A stretch of DNA of 64,000 nt. Origin: Candidatus Latescibacterota bacterium. GTDB lineage: Bacteria > Latescibacterota > UBA2968 > UBA8231. Below, piece by piece: positions 9,365 to 17,699 of this stretch. Under the pieces are notes generated by a model that saw nothing but the letters and a program-made list of their open reading frames with translations, searched no databases and had not been told where the DNA came from. Numbering within the stretch: position 1 is the stretch's first letter; every line of letters starts with the position of its first letter. The stretch covers positions 2,976,001-3,040,000 of the forward strand of contig OZ244561.1 of NCBI GenBank assembly GCA_965217585.1. The letters are read 5' to 3'. The translations under genes were made by a program, and so were the position numbers.

Positions 9365-10399
9365 ATGAAAAAAAAGCAAGCTACCATCAAAGATATTGCA
9401 CGGGAGTTGAAGATTTCGCATTCGACCGTCTCTCGGGCACTATCTCAGGATCGGAAGGTGTCGGCCTTGGTCAAAGAGCAGACCCGAACGCGGGTGAAAC
9501 GAGTAGCCGCCGAGCTGGACTACAGCCCCAATTTGATGGCGCAGGGGTTTGTGACGGGGAAGACGGGTACCTTGGGTCTGCTGACCCATCAGGTTTCCCG
9601 GGCGATATTTAGCAGTCAGACCAATCAGATTCTGAAGGTGGCTGACAAGCAGAAGTATCATATCTTGGTGGGCATGGCCGCTAACCGGACTCCTCTGATT
9701 CCACTAGACGACCAGACCATTCAGATCAAGCAGTTGCTTTCCCGGGGTGTAGACGGGCTGTTCATTAATACGCGGGGCCACAAAGATGAGCCCGAGCGAA
9801 TTTTGGATGTCGTGCGGGAACGAGTGCCCGTGGTGACGTTTATCTACCCGACGCCCAACCTGAGCGGGGTCGTGTTGGACCTGATAACAGATTTTTTTGA
9901 GGTCACAGAGCATTTGATCAAGTTGGGCCACGAGCGGATCGGGTTTATCGGCCCGGACTGGGATGAGGCCAGCCCGGTTTCAGCCAAGGCCAAGGGGTAT
10001 TTACAGGCGATGCAAAAGCACGGCCTGTCGCACGAATTCCTACCGGCCTTGGGCATCCATGCGAAGGGGGGGTATCGTCAGAGTAAAAGGCTCGGCGACC
10101 GGTTTACGGCTCTTGTGTGCCGGGATGATTATACGGCCATAGGCGTTTGTCGCGGGCTACGGGAATCAGGTCTTCGCGTCCCCGAGGATGTGGCTGTGGT
10201 GGGGCACGACGATACCGACGTGGCGGCGTATGTGACACCGGCACTGACGACCTTGACAACTCCCTACGAGGCGATTGCCCAAGCGGCGATGGAGCTGATG
10301 CTGGAACAGCTTGAGGGGGAGGAGACGCCTCGGCAAATAACCTTGAAATCGCCTCTGGTCGTGCGGGAATCCTGCGGGGCGAACATAAGTGAAAAATGA
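9365..10399 (+). CDS. LacI family transcriptional regulator
   Basis: TIKDIARELKISHSTVSRAL HTH, Y.PN hinge, VDGL, LGHERIGFI, VPEDVAVVG.DD, PALTT, LVVRES. Confidence 0.95.
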   Translation: MKKKQATIKDIARELKISHSTVSRALSQDRKVSALVKEQTRTRVKRVAAELDYSPNLMAQGFVTGKTGTLGLLTHQVSRAIFSSQTNQILKVADKQKYHILVGMAANRTPLIPLDDQTIQIKQLLSRGVDGLFINTRGHKDEPERILDVVRERVPVVTFIYPTPNLSGVVLDLITDFFEVTEHLIKLGHERIGFIGPDWDEASPVSAKAKGYLQAMQKHGLSHEFLPALGIHAKGGYRQSKRLGDRFTALVCRDDYTAIGVCRGLRESGLRVPEDVAVVGHDDTDVAAYVTPALTTLTTPYEAIAQAAMELMLEQLEGEETPRQITLKSPLVVRESCGANISEK

Positions 10400-10414
10400 T
10401 CGAAAGGGCGCGCA

Positions 10415-10443
10415 TTGCCCCGAGTGAGGGCGTGGCCTATATT
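10415..10443 (+). promoter_or_regulatory. sigma70-like promoter of the thiamine operon
   Basis: TTGCCC-N17-TATATT just upstream of the TPP riboswitch. Confidence 0.55.
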
Positions 10444-10465
10444 ACAGAGACATTGAGAATATAGC

Positions 10466-10550
10466 TTCCGTTGGGGGTGGTCCGGCAGCGGGCCTGAGAT
10501 TTTATACCCTTCGAACCTGAACTGGATCGTGCCAGCGTAGGGAAACGGAT
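10466..10550 (+). promoter_or_regulatory. TPP riboswitch (THI element)
   Basis: GGGGTG...CTGAGA...ATACCCTTCGAACCTGAACTGGATCGTGCCAGCGTAGGGAA core; P1 TCCGTT/AACGGA; upstream of thiamine genes. Confidence 0.95.
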
Positions 10551-10571
10551 GCCGTACGCACCGCGTACGCT

Positions 10572-10603
10572 CCGCTGGCCCATCTTGGGCGAGCGGTTTT
10601 TTT
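10572..10603 (+). terminator. intrinsic terminator / riboswitch expression platform
   Basis: CCGCTGGCCCA-TCT-TGGGCGAGCGG stem followed by T7. Confidence 0.8.
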
Positions 10604-10653
10604 ATGCCCCTCGACGGAATTCTTCCGCAAGTGCGAAACGAGGGAGCAGATCT

Positions 10654-12996
10654 ATGAAAATTTCAATGCCGTTGGCCAGCTTGCTGGCCGGTTTATTGAC
10701 GCTGTCGGCGCTATCCTTGGCGCAGGCCGAGGAAATCTCCGGTCAGGTATTGGATGCGGCCACAGGTCGCCCTTTGGAAGGGGCCAATGTGCAGGCCGGG
10801 AACACGGCCACCACCACCGACGTCCAAGGCCGCTTCAGGGTGGAGGCGGCCCCGGGCGATTCCCTCGACATTTCCTTTATCGGCTACCAGCGCGCACGGG
10901 TAGCGGTCGTCTCGCCGCTGGTCGTGGCCCTGGAGCGCACGGTTTTGCAAGTGCCCGCAGTGGTGGTGGAAGGCGGCTTGATGCGCCAGCGACTCGACCG
11001 CTTAGCCGCCAGCGTCACGGTGGTAGATGGGGACCGTTCCCGGGCCAGCGGGGCCGGGCACTTGCAGGACGCGACCCATGCGGTGCCCAATTTGAATTGG
11101 GCTGGCGGCTCGTCCCGGCCGCGCTATTTCCAGATCCGGGGCATTGGCGAGCGCAGCCATTACGCTGGCGAAGGGCCGCCTAGTTTTTCAGTGGGATTCG
11201 TCATGGACGATGTTGACTTGAGCGGCATGGGCACGGCCGGTTTGCTCTTTGACGTCGATCAGGTCGAAGTCTTCAAAGGCCCCCAGTCAACCATTTTTGG
11301 CCCCAACGCCTTGGCCGGCCTGATCAACTTGCGCTCAGCCGATCCCCAGCGGGGGTTTGCCGGGATGGGCAGCGCCGAGATGGGCAGCGATGGCTTAGGG
11401 CGTTTTTCCGGGGCGGTGAATCTGCCGGTGGGGACCGATTTGGCGCTGCGCGTGGGGTACGAAAACGGCCGCGCCAACGGCTTTCGCAGCAACGCCTTCC
11501 TCGACGCCGACGATACCAACCACCGGCGCGAGCAGTTGCTGCGCGCCAAGGTGGGCTGGACCCCGGCGGCCGGCCCCGAGATCTTGGGCACCTTCTTTTG
11601 GGCCGATATGGACAACGGGTACGACGCCTGGGTGCCCGACAACAACGAGGACTTGACCACCTATTCCGACAAGCTGGGCAAGGACCGCCAGCAGACGACC
11701 GGGGCCTCGCTCAAGAGCACTTGGGGGCTGGGCGCGAGTGGTGCCGAATTGGTCGCGATTACCGCGTTTTCGCGTAGCGAATTGGAGCACAGCTACGACG
11801 GCGATTGGGGCAACGACGAGTACTGGCTGCAAGCGCCGTACAACTTCGATCCAGCCGTCGAGGGATGGAACTACGACTTCTTCGACCGCAATGTGCGCGA
11901 CCGCACGGTTCTGAGCCAAGAGGCCCGGCTCTTGGTCGAGGAACTGGTGGTGGGAGCCTATTGGAAGCGCCTCGAAGAGGAAGACAATGCCGCGGGCTAT
12001 TTGTTCGGCGGCGACGCCACGGACCTGAACGGGCGCTACGAGATCGACAACTTGGCCTTTTACGGCCAGTACGGGCTGGCCTTGGGCCAAGGGTTGCGGT
12101 TGGAAGTCAATGCTCGGCTCGATCGCAACGATACGGCTTATGAGGGGACGACGACGAATTACGGGGCTGACAGCACCAGCACCGCTTTCGCCGTCGATCA
12201 ATGGCTGGGTGGCGGCAAAACGGCCCTCAGTTACGACTGGCGTCCGGGCCATACCCTGTACGCTTCGGCCTCGCGCGGCTATCGCTCCGGCGGGGTCAAC
12301 CAGCACCCGTACTTGGCCGCGGAGAACCGCCCTTACGACCCCGAATACATAGTCAATTTTGAAATCGGCTGGCGCGCTAGTGGGCCGCGTTATTCCACCG
12401 GGCTGACCCTGTTCCACGCCCTGCGCTCGGACCAGCAGGTCGAACTGTCGAGTCAGCAGGATCCGGGCGACCCCAACAGCTTTTTCTATTTCACGGCCAA
12501 TGCCGTCTCAGGCCGCAACAGCGGCTTGGAATGGGAGCAGACCGTCCGCCTTTTGCCCCAAGTCGAACTCTTCGGCTCGCTGGGTGTGCTCACTACTCAC
12601 ATCGATACTTACACCTTCCCCACGGAAGACGGGGAAGTAACGCTGGGGGACCGGGCCGCAGCTCACGCCCCCAACTACACCTTTAGCTTGGGCGGCAAAT
12701 ACCGCCATCAGTCGGGCTTGGAGGCGCGGCTGGCCCTGACTGGCATGGATCAATTCTTCTTCTCCGATGGCCACGACCAAGTCTCAGAGCCTTATCGATT
12801 GGTCAACGGCCACATCGCCTACCAGTGGGAAGCATGGTCCCTGCAACTATGGGGCCGCAACCTGCTCGATGAGCGCTATGGGGTGCGGGGCTTCTACTTT
12901 GGCCTAGAGCCGCCCGATTACGCCGATAAGCTGTACAAAACCTACGGCGATCCGCGCCAGATCGGCGTGCGGCTGACGACGCAGTTTGGAGACTAA
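10654..12996 (+). CDS. TonB-dependent receptor, probable thiamine uptake
   Basis: ATG 10654 after GGGAG; N-terminal carboxypeptidase-like domain (GQVLDAATGRPLEGANV), plug IRGIG...VEVFKGPQSTIFG.NA, C-terminal NLLDE.Y...PRQIGVRL; under the TPP riboswitch. Confidence 0.9.
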   Translation: MKISMPLASLLAGLLTLSALSLAQAEEISGQVLDAATGRPLEGANVQAGNTATTTDVQGRFRVEAAPGDSLDISFIGYQRARVAVVSPLVVALERTVLQVPAVVVEGGLMRQRLDRLAASVTVVDGDRSRASGAGHLQDATHAVPNLNWAGGSSRPRYFQIRGIGERSHYAGEGPPSFSVGFVMDDVDLSGMGTAGLLFDVDQVEVFKGPQSTIFGPNALAGLINLRSADPQRGFAGMGSAEMGSDGLGRFSGAVNLPVGTDLALRVGYENGRANGFRSNAFLDADDTNHRREQLLRAKVGWTPAAGPEILGTFFWADMDNGYDAWVPDNNEDLTTYSDKLGKDRQQTTGASLKSTWGLGASGAELVAITAFSRSELEHSYDGDWGNDEYWLQAPYNFDPAVEGWNYDFFDRNVRDRTVLSQEARLLVEELVVGAYWKRLEEEDNAAGYLFGGDATDLNGRYEIDNLAFYGQYGLALGQGLRLEVNARLDRNDTAYEGTTTNYGADSTSTAFAVDQWLGGGKTALSYDWRPGHTLYASASRGYRSGGVNQHPYLAAENRPYDPEYIVNFEIGWRASGPRYSTGLTLFHALRSDQQVELSSQQDPGDPNSFFYFTANAVSGRNSGLEWEQTVRLLPQVELFGSLGVLTTHIDTYTFPTEDGEVTLGDRAAAHAPNYTFSLGGKYRHQSGLEARLALTGMDQFFFSDGHDQVSEPYRLVNGHIAYQWEAWSLQLWGRNLLDERYGVRGFYFGLEPPDYADKLYKTYGDPRQIGVRLTTQFGD

Positions 12997-13000
12997 AGTC

Positions 13001-13669
13001 GTGAGCGGTCAGTCCGCTTTAATCGTCGGCAACGGCGAGCCACCTTCCCGAGCACTATTCGCCGCCTGTGCTCGGGAAGCCGAGTTGATTCTGTGCGCCG
13101 ACGGCGGTGCTAATATCGCCTCGGCGTACGGGTACGTGCCCGATTACATCGTCGGCGATCTCGACTCGGTCAGCCGCCAAAGCAAGGCCGCCCTTGCCGC
13201 CGACCGCCTTATCCTCGTTGACCCCGAGGGCGATGTGGGCACGGATGGCCAAAAGGTCCTCAACCACGCTGTCGCTTTGGGTGTTACCAAAGCCGTCCTC
13301 CTCGGTTTTACGGGACGGCGCACCGATCACCTGCTGGGCAATTTGAGTCTGCTCAAGACCTTTGCCGACCACCTCACCTTGCGATTAGTTGACGACTACT
13401 GCGACATCCGCCTCATCGACCGCCGCATCCGCTTTCGCGCCGCCCTTGGCCAGAAAATTTCCCTGTGCCCACTCGACGGCGCGGCGGAAGGTATTGAGAC
13501 GTTTGGATTAAAATGGCCCTTGCGGTCCGAGAGCCTGATCCCGGGCGTGCGCGAGGGCATCTCCAATGAGGTGGTGGACAATCCGGTCGAGATTAGGGTC
13601 GGGCGCGGCGACTTGCTGTTGTGTGTGCAGCGAGAGCGCGCGTCCGGGCAGATCGAGTTGCTGGATTAG
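13001..13669 (+). CDS. thiN: thiamine pyrophosphokinase
   Basis: LIVGNGE, CADGGAN, PDYIVGDLDS, TD, G.RTDHLLGN, GLKWPL, GISNEV. Confidence 0.92.
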   Translation: MSGQSALIVGNGEPPSRALFAACAREAELILCADGGANIASAYGYVPDYIVGDLDSVSRQSKAALAADRLILVDPEGDVGTDGQKVLNHAVALGVTKAVLLGFTGRRTDHLLGNLSLLKTFADHLTLRLVDDYCDIRLIDRRIRFRAALGQKISLCPLDGAAEGIETFGLKWPLRSESLIPGVREGISNEVVDNPVEIRVGRGDLLLCVQRERASGQIELLD

Positions 13670-13681
13670 TTCCCCGACGAA

Positions 13682-14632
13682 TCAGGCCGAGCAGCTAGCG
13701 CCCCCGAGGACGCAAAACTGGGCGCAGTGGGGGTGGTTGAGCTTCACCGGGCCCCAGGCTTCGGTTAGGGTCCGGCCCATCTCAAAGGCCGCGTCATACG
13801 GTAGCAGGGTACAGGAGAGCACGACCGGAGAATCCACTCCCTTGCGCTTGACGACCATGCGCGACGAGGCGCACATGATGTCGTCGGGCGATTGGCCGAG
13901 CAGGTCCCAGCAGCCGGTGGTGATCTCGGGAACATCAACGGAGGAGTTCATCTCTGGGAAGATGATGAGCTGGCTGGGGTCGATCGCGTCAATGCGCACG
14001 CCGAGGTCGGCGAAGAGACGGGCGAAGCCAGCGCGCAATTCGCTCTCTTCGTCACCCCAGAGCGTGCGGCCGGCGGCTGTTAGGCGGAAGCCGCAATCGG
14101 AGAGCCAGCGCAAGCCCTCGATCATCGGTGCCCAAGAGCGCTCGCCGCGCTCCGCCTCGTGCAGCGCCGACTCGTAGTGGTCGATGGAGACGCGGATCGT
14201 CAGCCGGTCGCCGTGCGCGTCGCGCAGCCGCAGCAGGCCGTCGGCGCACTTCATCATCGGTCGCATGGCGTTGGTCAGCACCAAGCTCTCGAAGCCCCGT
14301 CCCAGCACGTCCTCAAGCATGCCGAGCATCTCGGGATTCATAAAAGGCTCGCCGCCGGTGAAGCCGATTTCGCGCGTGCTCAGCCGGTCGCGCTCAATTT
14401 CGTCGAGGTACGCTGCCACCTCTGCTGCTGTGAGGTACATTAGACGGTCGTTGCGCGGACTCGATTCGATGTAGCAGTTGGCACACTCTAGGTTGCAAAG
14501 GGTGCCGGTGTTGAACCACAAGGTTTCCAGCCGCGTCAACGCCACGCGAGCTCGCTCCTCTCCGTCGGCGGTGACGTCGGGGTCTTGGAACTTGCGTGGG
14601 TCTAGGCGGGGCGGGGCTTGCGCTTGGGTCAT
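13682..14632 (-). CDS. radical SAM protein
   Basis: CNLECANC (CxxxCxxC), FTGGEPF, LTN, VSID, Cys-rich C-terminus HPHCAQFCVLGGASCS. Confidence 0.88.
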   Translation of the reverse strand: MTQAQAPPRLDPRKFQDPDVTADGEERARVALTRLETLWFNTGTLCNLECANCYIESSPRNDRLMYLTAAEVAAYLDEIERDRLSTREIGFTGGEPFMNPEMLGMLEDVLGRGFESLVLTNAMRPMMKCADGLLRLRDAHGDRLTIRVSIDHYESALHEAERGERSWAPMIEGLRWLSDCGFRLTAAGRTLWGDEESELRAGFARLFADLGVRIDAIDPSQLIIFPEMNSSVDVPEITTGCWDLLGQSPDDIMCASSRMVVKRKGVDSPVVLSCTLLPYDAAFEMGRTLTEAWGPVKLNHPHCAQFCVLGGASCSA

Positions 14633-14825
14633 GCTGCCTCCGGTCTGGGTCTCGTCATCCAAGGCGACGGGGATGCGGGTGTTGACCGCTTGGGCGTCGT
14701 GCGGCTGCTAAAAGAGTCGATAGCTTAATAGACTGTCAAGGTAAGCTACAGTTCTGGGAGCCGTATTTACAGGGGCTATGGCGAAGGAAGATTGCGGCGC
14801 GATCGTAAAGTAGAGTCTTATCTAG

Positions 14826-14948
14826 GGCATCCGCGACGGCCTCTCCAACGAGGTGGTGGACAACCCGGTCGAAATGGTGGGACGCGGCGATCTGCTGTTG
14901 TGCGTGCAGCGGCAGAGCGCGTCCGGGCAGATCGAGCCGCTGAATTAG
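14826..14948 (+). pseudogene. duplicated, diverged 3' end of thiN
   Basis: Reads GIRDGLSNEVVDNPVEMVGRGDLLLCVQRQSASGQIEPLN*, versus thiN 13544-13669 GVREGISNEVVDNPVEIRVGRGDLLLCVQRERASGQIELLD*. Confidence 0.9.
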
Positions 14949-15607
14949 TCGCTGTCCCAAGCCAGCGATAGCTGAATCCCAACCTGCCCGGTCCCCAATT
15001 CCAAGCGCGGCGCGATCTCCACTCCCTGCTCCTGCTTTTCGTCGCCCAACGCGAGCAACTGCCACCCAGCGAGGGCAAAGGCCGCCGCAGTCATCCAGCT
15101 CATCTGGCTTTGGGTGTCGCGGCTGTTGGCGCGGTCCAAAAAGCGCTCGGCTTCTTGCGGCGTGCTGGCCTTTTGGTAGCGCCGATAAGCGTCGTCGCCC
15201 TGCTGGCGAAAGTCCCAGCTTTTGACGAGCAGTATCGCGCTCCCGCTGCAAAGGGCCCAGCCCCAAGCGCGGCGCGACGTCATCCAGCCACGATCTGCGC
15301 CCCTTACCGACCATGCCACCGCCCCTAAACCCATCGCCCCCATCACCACCGCCCGCGTGTCGAATCGTCGGCGCTCGTCGTAGAAGATCTGCGCGTCGCT
15401 GCTGGACTCTGTCCGCTCGTAGCGCTCGTCGGCCCGGTTGGCTTCCCGCCGCGCCTGATAGGCTTCGCTGAGCAGCCAGCCGCCGGCACCCAGCGCGATA
15501 TAGCTGGCTACTTTGCGCGAGAGGCGCGGACCATCCGCTCGCGCCTCTCCGAGCGACGCCAGCGTCAGGATGCAGGCCAGTGTTAGAATGCTCCGTCTGT
15601 TGTTCAC
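14945..15607 (-). CDS. hypothetical membrane protein with two internal TM-helix repeats (DUF5683-like)
   Basis: Signal peptide; two similar units (TM, A..Y..Y...S..A..F.D.....DT, TM); GTGA overlap with the TolC-family gene stop. Confidence 0.7.
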   Translation of the reverse strand: MNNRRSILTLACILTLASLGEARADGPRLSRKVASYIALGAGGWLLSEAYQARREANRADERYERTESSSDAQIFYDERRRFDTRAVVMGAMGLGAVAWSVRGADRGWMTSRRAWGWALCSGSAILLVKSWDFRQQGDDAYRRYQKASTPQEAERFLDRANSRDTQSQMSWMTAAAFALAGWQLLALGDEKQEQGVEIAPRLELGTGQVGIQLSLAWDSD

Positions 15608-16983
15608 CGCAGGTCTCCACGCCCTCTGGCGGCGACGGGTTTCCCCACCGCTTGGTCGAGCTGGGCTAGCTGGATGTGGTAGTTGAAAATGGCCTGGACT
15701 AAGTCGTTGCGCGCCGCAAAAAGGCTCGCTTGCGCTTGGAGCCGCTCTAGCTGCGTTCCGGTGGACAAAGCATAGCGCTCCTGCGCCAGCTTGTAGCTTT
15801 CCTCGGCAGCGCTGACCGCGATCTGGTTGGCCTCAATGCTGCGCCGATATAGCTCGATATTGAGGAAGGCTCTTTTAATATCCAGTGCCACCTGCCGCTT
15901 AGCTTGGTCGAAGTCTTCCATGCGCTGGCGGTAGTTCAGCTTTTGCGACTTGATGGAATTCTGGGTGCTCAAGCGGTTGAATAACGGCAGCCCCAGGCTC
16001 ACGCTGAACGAGTAGCCGTAGTTTTTCAAAAAGAGATCTTCCGGCCCCGCAAACGTCTCGTCGGCCCGCAGTCGCCAGTTGTAGCCGGTGCTCATGCTCA
16101 CGGTCGGGTGCAGCAACTCGTAGCGGGTCCCGCGCAGGTCCTCCTCGGCTTGCAGCAATAAAAACTCCTGCGACCGCAAGTCCGGGCGGTGCTCCAGCGC
16201 CAAGGCCAAGGCTTCCTCGTAGCTCAGCGCGAGCGGTACCATCGCAAATTCCTCCTCGACCGGCACAATCGGTTCGTAGGTCCGCAAGCCCATGGCAAAG
16301 GCCAAGTCGGCACCAGTCACCGCGACGCTGTTTTCGCGGTCGATTAGGTTCGCCCGTGCGCTGGCCAACGCGGCCCGCTCCGTCAGCACATCCGACAGGG
16401 GCACCGAGCGGACCTCGAAGAGCGTCTCGGCCCGGCGCAGGCTCTCCTCTGAGACCCGCACCTGCTCGGTCTGTACCTTCATCAGTTCAATAGCCTGCAA
16501 TAAGCTGAAGTATCCCTGCTTGACCTCAAAGACTACTTGCTGCTGGCTCGTACTCAGGTCCATCTCGGCCGCCTTGTGCCCCAGTTTGCTCGACGCTAGG
16601 GCGGTCCAGTTGCCGCGATTGTACAGGTTCATACTGAAGCCGGTACCCAGCGACTGCGAGCCGCTGGAGGTGCTCTCGCCGAGGGTAGAGGTGACCTCGC
16701 CGGTGGCTGGATCGACAAAGGATCCCTCGCGCGGCCCGGAGACGCTGCGCGACATCCCGTAGGAGGCGCTGATCGATGGTAGAAAGGCATTGCGAGCGTT
16801 CCCGATTTGGATCGCCGCGGCTTCGATATTGGAGCGGCCCTGGATGACCGCGGCGCTCTGCTCTAGGGCGATGGCGATGCAGTCGTCCATGCTCAAGCGG
16901 AGCGCCGCTGGCTCTGCTGCGCCGCTGGGGCGCGTCAGGACCCCCACCACCAGCCAGCAGAAAACGGTGTGTTTACTTTTCAC
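15604..16983 (-). CDS. TolC family outer membrane efflux protein
   Basis: LSMDDCIAIALEQS, FLPSISAS, VKQGYFSLL, ALEHRPDL, LPLF, A.ESYKLAQERY..G; GTG start overlaps the upstream stop. Confidence 0.9.
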   Translation of the reverse strand: MKSKHTVFCWLVVGVLTRPSGAAEPAALRLSMDDCIAIALEQSAAVIQGRSNIEAAAIQIGNARNAFLPSISASYGMSRSVSGPREGSFVDPATGEVTSTLGESTSSGSQSLGTGFSMNLYNRGNWTALASSKLGHKAAEMDLSTSQQQVVFEVKQGYFSLLQAIELMKVQTEQVRVSEESLRRAETLFEVRSVPLSDVLTERAALASARANLIDRENSVAVTGADLAFAMGLRTYEPIVPVEEEFAMVPLALSYEEALALALEHRPDLRSQEFLLLQAEEDLRGTRYELLHPTVSMSTGYNWRLRADETFAGPEDLFLKNYGYSFSVSLGLPLFNRLSTQNSIKSQKLNYRQRMEDFDQAKRQVALDIKRAFLNIELYRRSIEANQIAVSAAEESYKLAQERYALSTGTQLERLQAQASLFAARNDLVQAIFNYHIQLAQLDQAVGKPVAARGRGDLR

Positions 16984-17699
16984 GAGAGCAGCCTTTCTCG
17001 CTGCGCCATCTGCCGCAGCCCCGAAAAGAGCAAGAGCGCACCGCCGAGCACCAGCGTCGCGCGGTTGAGCGCGACCATCTCGGCCCACACCGCATCGTCT
17101 AGGCCCAGCGGCAGGCTAAAGGGATTTAAGAAGAGAAAGTAAGCGGTCTCCGCCAGCGACTCGGCGCTCAGCAATACCGCGACCAGTACTCCCAGCGAAA
17201 GCATCCCGGCCGTATTGCTGCTCTTGCAGAGCACCGAAAAGAAGAAGGTCAGATTGGCGATCAGAAACGCCGGTGCGAACGCATTGAGTCCGCCCAGCGC
17301 GAACGGAAATTCGGCGAAGAGGAAATAGGCCGCCGCACTCATGCCCAGCAGGGTCGCCGCCAATAGCAGGTAAACGGCCACCATCCGCAGCGCCCAGATC
17401 CCGTAGTGCGAGGTGGAAGTGCTAAAGAGCGCCTCCAGCGTCCGGCGGTCGCGCTCGCCGGCCACCAGATCCATCGCTAGGTAAATCGCCAAGACCGCGC
17501 CGGGGATCTCCACCAGCACGTAGGGGGCCTGCCCGGCGCTGAACCCCTCGTCCGGCCGGAACACCGCCAGTGCGTAGAGCACTCCGTAGTATGTGGCGAT
17601 ACCCAAAACCATGAGCAGCAGCTTGCGGTGAAAGACGATCCGCGCACTGAGCCAGCACTGGGCGACTAAGCTGGCAAACAGGGTGGTCCAAGTCAGCAC
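16980..17699 (-). CDS. ABC-2 type transporter permease
   Basis: About six TM helices, cytoplasmic GERDRRTLEALFSTS motif, NPF near the C-terminus. Confidence 0.8.
   Translation of the reverse strand: MLTWTTLFASLVAQCWLSARIVFHRKLLLMVLGIATYYGVLYALAVFRPDEGFSAGQAPYVLVEIPGAVLAIYLAMDLVAGERDRRTLEALFSTSTSHYGIWALRMVAVYLLLAATLLGMSAAAYFLFAEFPFALGGLNAFAPAFLIANLTFFFSVLCKSSNTAGMLSLGVLVAVLLSAESLAETAYFLFLNPFSLPLGLDDAVWAEMVALNRATLVLGGALLLFSGLRQMAQRERLLS

Noticed and set aside
10549-10653. N-terminal extension of the TonB receptor in the ORF track
   Set aside because: It runs through the riboswitch terminator; ATG 10654 has an RBS and yields a signal peptide.
11395-12417. 340-aa antisense ORF, and similar long shadow ORFs (21326-22420, 26618-27631, 14736-15620, 56489-57286)
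   Set aside because: They overlap well-supported genes, lack recognisable motifs and are expected from GC-rich codon bias.
13682-14632. Assignment as arsenosugar radical SAM ArsS or a RiPP maturase
   Set aside because: Only general resemblance; no ars genes or precursor peptide nearby.
13544-14948. thiN 3' end and its copy as a DGR variable/template repeat pair
   Set aside because: Differences are mostly synonymous and not adenine-specific, and there is no reverse transcriptase in the window.
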